Source: Dehalococcoidia bacterium
GTDB taxonomy: Bacteria > Chloroflexota > Dehalococcoidia > Plut-88900
DNA length: 64,000 nucleotides
Direction: 5' to 3'
Assembly: GCA_965207225.1 (NCBI GenBank)
Contig: CBDBLV010000005.1
Coordinates: forward strand, 1,056,001 to 1,120,000
In this document: in pieces, positions 58,183 through 64,000 of the stretch
Layout: each line of letters starts with the position of its first letter
Numbering within the stretch: position 1 is the stretch's first letter
Made by a program: the position numbers and the translations under genes
Notes under the pieces: generated by a model
The model's database searches: none
Told to the model about the DNA's origin: nothing
The model's input: the letters and a program-made list of their open reading frames with translations, nothing else

Positions 58183-59289
58183 CTAACCTTCAAAGATGTC
58201 CAGGGGCAGAAAGGCGGAAACGCAGACGTTGGGGAGGTCCACGACCTCGCTGACCTTGAAGTCCACGGCCACGCTGGTGATGCAGTAGGCCTGCGCCCGG
58301 CTGAAGCCACGGCCTTCAAGGAGGTCGATCATGTTGAGCAGGGCCTGTCGGGTGGCGAGGGTGATGTTGCCCGACTCGTTGCGCCCGTTTTCGATGGGCA
58401 TGCCGGTGGTGGCGATGAAGCGTTTGGGGGCAGCCATCTCAGGGGAGGTCCAGTAGGTATCCGACTCGAATAAGGGGAAGCGGATGTTGCCTTTTTCGGC
58501 GGCGCCCTCTCTTATTCGGAACCGGGCGTGGATGGCTGCAGCCATCTCGACCGCCGTGCCACAGGTCTCGCCGTCACCCTGGGCGAAATGGCCGTCGCCG
58601 CAGGAGAACATGCCGCCGTCGACGAAGACGGGGCAGAGAAGGCGAACGCCCTTTGTAAGCTGCTTGATGTCCATGTTGCCGCCGTTCTCCCGAGGCGGGA
58701 TGGTCCTGAGGCCTTCGGAGGCGACGGGTTCCCATGTGGGGGCGGCGCCCGATTTGTCGGGGGGTTCGGCGACGCCTCCGGCCTCGGCAGCGCGGGCCTC
58801 GCGCTCCCGGCACTCTTCGAGGAGGGCCCGGGAGGGGGCAACGCCGATGGTGCCCATGAAGGAGGCCTCGGGGATGCGGACGCCGGGCAGCTGCTCCGAT
58901 ACGGCGTGCTTTCCGTCCATCGACCACTTGACGAGGAAGGGGTCGGTGAACAGGTCCGAGAGGAAGCCGAAGTGGGGCAGGATGCCAGTGAAGCCAAAGG
59001 TCCCGGGCACGATGTCTATGATGTCGATCTCGAGGAGGTCACCGGGCTTGGCGCCCTTGACGTAGACGGGCCCGGTCATGGGGTGGACAACTCCGCCGTC
59101 GATGTTGGGGACGTCTTCTAGCGTTGATTCAGGAGTAATCTGGCCGTCGAGGGCGTCGCGGGTCTGGAGGTAGACCTCCTCTTCGGGGTCGACCTCCAGG
59201 GCGGGGGGGATGTCGGGGTGCCAGCGGTTGTGAACCTTGCCATCCTCCTCCCAGCACCTCTTCGAGAAGTCCATCTCTATGGTTTTCAT
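58183..59289 (-). CDS. acetamidase/formamidase family protein (tandem paralogue)
   Basis: HNRWHPDIPP, RENGGNMD, HFAQGDGE. Confidence 0.93.
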   Translation of the reverse strand: MKTIEMDFSKRCWEEDGKVHNRWHPDIPPALEVDPEEEVYLQTRDALDGQITPESTLEDVPNIDGGVVHPMTGPVYVKGAKPGDLLEIDIIDIVPGTFGFTGILPHFGFLSDLFTDPFLVKWSMDGKHAVSEQLPGVRIPEASFMGTIGVAPSRALLEECREREARAAEAGGVAEPPDKSGAAPTWEPVASEGLRTIPPRENGGNMDIKQLTKGVRLLCPVFVDGGMFSCGDGHFAQGDGETCGTAVEMAAAIHARFRIREGAAEKGNIRFPLFESDTYWTSPEMAAPKRFIATTGMPIENGRNESGNITLATRQALLNMIDLLEGRGFSRAQAYCITSVAVDFKVSEVVDLPNVCVSAFLPLDIFEG

Positions 59290-59382
59290 GGTTCCTCCTG
59301 CCAGTCTGCCCAGAGCGGCGCAATCTCTCGCCTACGACGGCTATACTACTACCTACCCCCTGCGATAGGAACCGTCAGACTC

Positions 59383-60369
59383 ATGGTCAAATTCGGGATC
59401 CAGGTCCCGGCTGGTCGGGAGGGCATCTACATGCCCTCCGGCTTCTCGGCGCCTGGACAGCTGATGTCCCTGTTCACGCTGGCCGAGGGGCTGGGGTTTC
59501 ACTCGGCGTGGGGTAACGACCACCTGAATACGCCAAGGGAGGCACGGCTCCGTTATGACCGGCCGCCCAACGTTTACGAGATACTAATTACCCTGGCCTC
59601 TGCGGCGGCGATTACTGAGCGGATCAGGCTCGGGGTGGCGGCGCTTTCGCTGCCGCTGCGGGAGCCCGTGGCCCTGGCGAAGCAGCTGGCTACGTTGGAC
59701 GTACTAAGCGGGGGTCGGGTGAACCTGGCGGCGGGCATCGGGCACTACCGGGACGAGTTCACCAACGTCCATCCCCGGCTGCGAAAGTCGCACCGGGGCG
59801 AGATGTTCGAGGAGGCGCTGGAGGTTCTCCACCTGATATTCACACAGGAGACGACAAGCCATTCAGGGAAGCACTACGAGTTCGAGGACATCTCCCTGCA
59901 CCCCAAGCCCGTCCAAGATCCCTTCCCGATCTATATCACCGGCACGGGGCCCAGGACCCCGGAGCGGGTGGTGAAGTGGGGCACGGGCTGGCTGCTTACG
60001 GCGGTGGGAGACCAGACGTTGGGGGAGCGGGTTGAAGCGGTGAAACGGCTGGCGGAGGAGGCGGGTCGGGACCCGGCAACGCTGGAGATGGCGCATACGA
60101 TCGCCATGCGGGTGGACCGAACCCATGAAAGGGCCGTAGAGAGGTTCCGGGACAGCGTGGTCATGAACTCACCGAGGGGGTTGGGGGAGAGGTCCTACAA
60201 GTTCACGAGGTGCGTCGGGAGTCCGGAAGAGGTAGCGGAGCAGATCCGGGGGCTGAGCGGGGAGGGGATTGAGCACGTGATCATACAGGACTTCGCTGTG
60301 GATGACTTCGAGGAGATGCGGGAGCAGGTGCAGTTCTTTGGGGAGGAGGTGCTGCCTCTCTTCGCGTGA
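59383..60369 (+). CDS. LLM class (possibly F420-dependent) oxidoreductase
   Basis: VKFGI, AEGLGFHSAWGNDH, IRLGVA, LATLDVLSGGR, PKPVQ. Confidence 0.9.
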   Translation: MVKFGIQVPAGREGIYMPSGFSAPGQLMSLFTLAEGLGFHSAWGNDHLNTPREARLRYDRPPNVYEILITLASAAAITERIRLGVAALSLPLREPVALAKQLATLDVLSGGRVNLAAGIGHYRDEFTNVHPRLRKSHRGEMFEEALEVLHLIFTQETTSHSGKHYEFEDISLHPKPVQDPFPIYITGTGPRTPERVVKWGTGWLLTAVGDQTLGERVEAVKRLAEEAGRDPATLEMAHTIAMRVDRTHERAVERFRDSVVMNSPRGLGERSYKFTRCVGSPEEVAEQIRGLSGEGIEHVIIQDFAVDDFEEMREQVQFFGEEVLPLFA

Positions 60370-60409
60370 GGAGGCTTTAGCCGGCGAGGGTTATGCCTCT
60401 GGTCACCCC

Positions 60410-60442
60410 CCGCTCATATTTCGAGGGCCTCAGCATGAGCGG
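60410..60442. repeat. REP-like family A, copy 8
   Basis: CCGCTCATATTTCGAGGGCCTCAGCATGAGCGG. Confidence 0.85.
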
Positions 60443-60499
60443 CGCCCAGCCCCGCCAGCCGAGGACTTGCTAAGTCTTTAGCGGGGAACGTGTCGGCAG

Positions 60500-61645
60500 C
60501 TACAGGTTGTAGAGGGCGATGGCGTTTTCGCCCATGATCTTGCGCTGGTCGGGTTCGGGGAGGGAGCTGAGGTTTTCTTTGAGTTCGCCTACGGGGTCGG
60601 CGCTGGAGTCGCTGTGGGGGAAGTCTCCGGCCCAGAGGAAGCGGTCGGCGCCGAGGAGCTGGATGGGTCGGTGGGCTTCTTTTTCCTCGGGCTCCATGTC
60701 GATCCAGCACTGGCGCTTGAAGTAGTCGGTGGGTTTCATCTTCATGCCGGTGGTGAAGCCGAAGATCTCGTAGTACTCGTCCATGCGCTCCAGCCAGTGG
60801 GGCAGCCACCCGCTCCCCGACTCAGTTACGACCAGCTTGAAGGCTGGGAACCGTTCGAAGACGCCGCCCTGGAAGAAAGTGGTGAAGCCGAGCTTCACGT
60901 CTTCCGCCGCCCACATATAGACCCACCAGGTGACGGTGTGGTCAGCTTCGGGATATAGCTCATTGCCGAAGTACCTGGGGTTGCCCGACGCGTGGAGGGA
61001 GACGGGCAGATCCAGCTCCTGGCATACGTCCCATAGCGGATCGAAGTGGGAGTCGCCGTAGGAGCCGCCGTTGGTGGGTCGGCCGTAGATCATGAGGCCC
61101 CTGGCCCCCTGGCCCTTCACCCTGCGTACTTCTTCCACCGCACCTTCGATGTCCCTTAGCGGAATGTGGGCGACGTGGGCGAGGCGGTCGGGACTGGTGG
61201 CGCAGAACCCGGCGATCCAATCGTTGTAGACGCGGGCGTAGGCGAGGGCAAGGCCTGGGTCGGGGCAGACGGTCTCCCAAGTGAGGCCAAGGGTGGGGTA
61301 GAGGATGACGGTGTCTATGCCGCGTTGGTCGAGGACCTTGACGTGCTCGTCGGGGTCGTAGGCGCCGGGGGGCCGACCCTCGGCGTAGCCGACCTTGCCG
61401 GGGGTCAGGTAGTCCTCGATGGGATGTGGGGGGTCGGGCTGGCCGGCTCCGGCCCTGCCGAAAATGCCCCCATCCAGGAAGTAGCCGTGGTGGTGCCGGT
61501 TGTCCACGCACATGTACTCCCAGCCCTTCTCGTCTTTTTCGAAGCGGAGGGCCCGGTCCCTGTACTGCGGCTCGATGTTTTCAGTCCAGAGGTCGGGGGG
61601 TTCGAGGACGTGGCTGTCGATGTCGATGAGTCTGAGCGCGGACAC
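60500..61645 (-). CDS. amidohydrolase_2 family protein
   Basis: IDIDSHVLEP, YNDW, FERFP, ESG, DFPHSD. Confidence 0.92.
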   Translation of the reverse strand: MSALRLIDIDSHVLEPPDLWTENIEPQYRDRALRFEKDEKGWEYMCVDNRHHHGYFLDGGIFGRAGAGQPDPPHPIEDYLTPGKVGYAEGRPPGAYDPDEHVKVLDQRGIDTVILYPTLGLTWETVCPDPGLALAYARVYNDWIAGFCATSPDRLAHVAHIPLRDIEGAVEEVRRVKGQGARGLMIYGRPTNGGSYGDSHFDPLWDVCQELDLPVSLHASGNPRYFGNELYPEADHTVTWWVYMWAAEDVKLGFTTFFQGGVFERFPAFKLVVTESGSGWLPHWLERMDEYYEIFGFTTGMKMKPTDYFKRQCWIDMEPEEKEAHRPIQLLGADRFLWAGDFPHSDSSADPVGELKENLSSLPEPDQRKIMGENAIALYNL

Positions 61646-61706
61646 GGTTGCTCACCTCCCAGTTCTTTGCGAGGGCGGACGGTCGGGGCCAGGCTGAAGT
61701 CGGGCT

Positions 61707-62837
61707 CTAGGAGGCCAGCTTGTAAAGCTCCATGGCGTTGCCGCCGAACACCCTCCGCTGGTCTTCCTCCGGCAGGTCTCCCAAGTTCTTCTCCAGCTCA
61801 TTTACGGGGTCGAGGATGGAGTCGGAGTGGGGGAAGTCATAGGCCCACATGAACCTGTCGGCACCGAGGATTTCGATGCTGAGCGGCGCGAGTCTCTCGT
61901 CGGGGTCCATGGAGATGAAGGCCTGGCGCTTAAAGTAGGTGCTGGGTATCTCCTTCATGGGGGTGGTGAAGCCGTTTATCTCGAACTTTTCGTCCATGCG
62001 GTCGAGCCACCAGACCAGCCAGCCTATGCCGGACTCGAGGATGACGACCTTCAGGTCCGGGAACCTGTCAAAGGTGCCGTGGTTGAAGTAGCTGCTGAAG
62101 TTGAGCTTCACGGTCTCGCCGCCGTAGAGGAAGAGCCACCAGGGGGTCTGGTCCTCGGGGTTCGGGTATGCTACTGCCGTAACGGAGTTTTGTCCGGTGG
62201 ACGGGTGTATGGTCATGGGCATGTCCAGGGCCACGGCCTCTTCCCACAGGGGGTCGAAGTAGGGGTGGCCGTATGGCCTGCCGGGGCTGCAGTCGGAGCC
62301 CATCATCATGGCCTTGGCCCCGAGGGCTGCGGTGCGCTTCATCTCCTTGATGGCCTCGTTTACATCGCCCATGGGGATGTGGGCGACGGGGATGAGCCGG
62401 GTGGGGGCTTCGGAGCAGAAGTCGAAGACCCAGTCGTTATAGGCCCGGCAGTTGGCTGCGGCGACCTTGACGTCGTCGCAGTCGTACTCCCACAGCAGGC
62501 CGAGGGAAGGGTAGACGAGGGTCATGTCTATGCGTTCGTCATCCATGACCTTGGCACGCTCGGAGGCGATGTAGCCGCCGGGGACCATGGCCTCGTCCCA
62601 GGAGATGCGACCGGGCTCCAGATAGGGCCTAGCGTCCTTGCCGATAGCGCCCAGGGCCCCGAGGGCCCCGCCCCGTCCGAAGAAGGACTTCTTGCCGTCC
62701 ACGTTGAGGTACTCGAGGCCGTTTTCGTCCTTTGAGATCTTAAGGGCGTGGTCCCGGTACTCGGGGTCTATGTAGTCCTGCCAAAGGTTGGCAGGCTCCA
62801 TGATGTGGCCGTCTATGTCGACGAAGGTAGCGTTCAT
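61707..62837 (-). CDS. amidohydrolase_2 family protein
   Basis: VDIDGHIMEP, YNDW, FDRFPDLK, DFPHSD. Confidence 0.92.
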   Translation of the reverse strand: MNATFVDIDGHIMEPANLWQDYIDPEYRDHALKISKDENGLEYLNVDGKKSFFGRGGALGALGAIGKDARPYLEPGRISWDEAMVPGGYIASERAKVMDDERIDMTLVYPSLGLLWEYDCDDVKVAAANCRAYNDWVFDFCSEAPTRLIPVAHIPMGDVNEAIKEMKRTAALGAKAMMMGSDCSPGRPYGHPYFDPLWEEAVALDMPMTIHPSTGQNSVTAVAYPNPEDQTPWWLFLYGGETVKLNFSSYFNHGTFDRFPDLKVVILESGIGWLVWWLDRMDEKFEINGFTTPMKEIPSTYFKRQAFISMDPDERLAPLSIEILGADRFMWAYDFPHSDSILDPVNELEKNLGDLPEEDQRRVFGGNAMELYKLAS

Positions 62838-62958
62838 CTGCTGACTCCTTGACTAACGGGGTGTCCGATGATTGTCGGGAATGTTACTCCACATCCACGG
62901 TGGGGACAACGCAAATTTCGAAGTTCATGTAGCTTTGAAGGGGGGAAGGGGATTCTTT

Positions 62959-64000
62959 CTATATTGCCAGGTTGTACAACTCTATTGCATTCCGCCCGAA
63001 CACCTTCTGTCGGTCTTCTTCGGGGAGGTCGGCGAGGTTCTTTTCCAGCTCGTTGACGGGGTCGAGGATGGAGTCGGAGTGGGGGAAGTCATAGGCCCAC
63101 ATGAACCTGTCGGCACCGAGGATTTCTATGCTGAACTTGGCGAGGCGCTCATCGGGGTCCATGGAGATGAAGCATTGGCGCTTGAAGTAGGAACTGGGGA
63201 CTTCTTTCATGGGGGTGGTGAAACCGTTGATCTCGAACTTTTCGTCCATCCGGTCAAGCCACCAGACCAGCCAGCCTATGCCGGACTCCAGGATGACGAC
63301 CTTCAGGTCAGGGAACTTATCGAAGGTGCCGTGGTTGAAGAAGCTGCTGAAGTTCAGCTTTACGGTCTCGCCGCCGTAGAGGAAGATCCACCAGGTGGTC
63401 AGGTCCTCGATGTTGGGGTAGGCCACCGCCGAGACGGAATTGCGCCCGGTGGCAGGGTGAATGGTCATGGGCGTGTCCAGGGCCTCGGCTTCCGCCCACA
63501 GGGGGTCGAAGTAAGGGTGACCGTAGGGCCTTCCCGGTTCGCAGTCGGAGCCGAGCATCATGGCCTTGGCCCCGAGGGCCGCGGTCCTTTTCATTTCCTT
63601 GATGGCCTCGTCGACGTCGGCCATGGGGATGTGGGCCACGGGGACGAGGCGAGTCGGGGCTCCGCTGCAGAAGTCGAAGACCCAGTCGTTGTAAGCCCGG
63701 CAGTTGGCGGCGGCAACTTTCGGGTCGTCGCAGTCGTATTCCCAGACCAGGCCGAGGGAGGGGTAGACGAGGGTCATGTCGATCCGCTCTTGGTCCATGA
63801 CCTTGGCCCGTTCGGAGGCGATGTAGCCGCCAGGGACCATGGCCTCGTCCCAGGAGATGCGCCCGGGTTCCAGGTAGGGTCGCACGTCCTTGCCGATAGC
63901 GCCCAGGGCCCCAAAGGCCCCATCCCTGGCCAAGAAGGCCTTGTTGCCGTCAACGTCCACGTATTCAAGCCCGTTTTCGTCCCTGGATATCTTGATGGCG
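62959..64000 (-). CDS. amidohydrolase_2 family protein, 5' truncated by window edge (close paralogue of 61707..62837)
   Basis: Frame open to the window edge; highly similar protein to 61707..62837. Confidence 0.9.
   Translation of the reverse strand, partial: AIKISRDENGLEYVDVDGNKAFLARDGAFGALGAIGKDVRPYLEPGRISWDEAMVPGGYIASERAKVMDQERIDMTLVYPSLGLVWEYDCDDPKVAAANCRAYNDWVFDFCSGAPTRLVPVAHIPMADVDEAIKEMKRTAALGAKAMMLGSDCEPGRPYGHPYFDPLWAEAEALDTPMTIHPATGRNSVSAVAYPNIEDLTTWWIFLYGGETVKLNFSSFFNHGTFDKFPDLKVVILESGIGWLVWWLDRMDEKFEINGFTTPMKEVPSSYFKRQCFISMDPDERLAKFSIEILGADRFMWAYDFPHSDSILDPVNELEKNLADLPEEDRQKVFGRNAIELYNLAI

Overview
GC-rich bacterial window. Its gene content (many luciferase-like monooxygenase, amidohydrolase_2, CoA-transferase and M24 paralogues; lipoproteins with Pro/Thr linkers) most resembles Chloroflexota/Dehalococcoidia of the SAR202 type. 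This is an inference from gene content, not a database result. Positions 1-16.9 kb form an accessory island. It holds a putative integrative element built from a two-module replication-relaxation-like protein, a palindrome-rich non-coding region, small HTH/RHH genes and a large serine recombinase with an att-like site inside its own 3' end. Cargo includes HigBA, a RusA-like plus REase-HEPN gene pair, two paralogous unknown membrane proteins and a NUDIX-Zn-ribbon-CAP-like gene split by a complete IS21 (7-bp TSD). The island ends near a degenerate tRNA-Val and a second att-like site. Positions 17-64 kb are mostly catabolic and transport genes. They include a ZnuA/AztC-type zinc-binding protein with an AztD-like domain inserted in its His-rich loop, an IS1380 (5-bp TSD) splitting an amidohydrolase, tRNA-Arg(CCT), tandem DddP-like M24 enzymes, and tandem pairs of dehydratases, CoA transferases, LLMs, acetamidases and amidohydrolases. 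At least eight co-oriented REP-like hairpin repeats occur. A palindrome-dense zone at 41.8-44.0 kb contains a 60-bp tandem array whose hairpins persist despite sequence change. No CRISPR array, cas gene, rRNA or reverse transcriptase was seen. All product calls come from motif recognition by eye.
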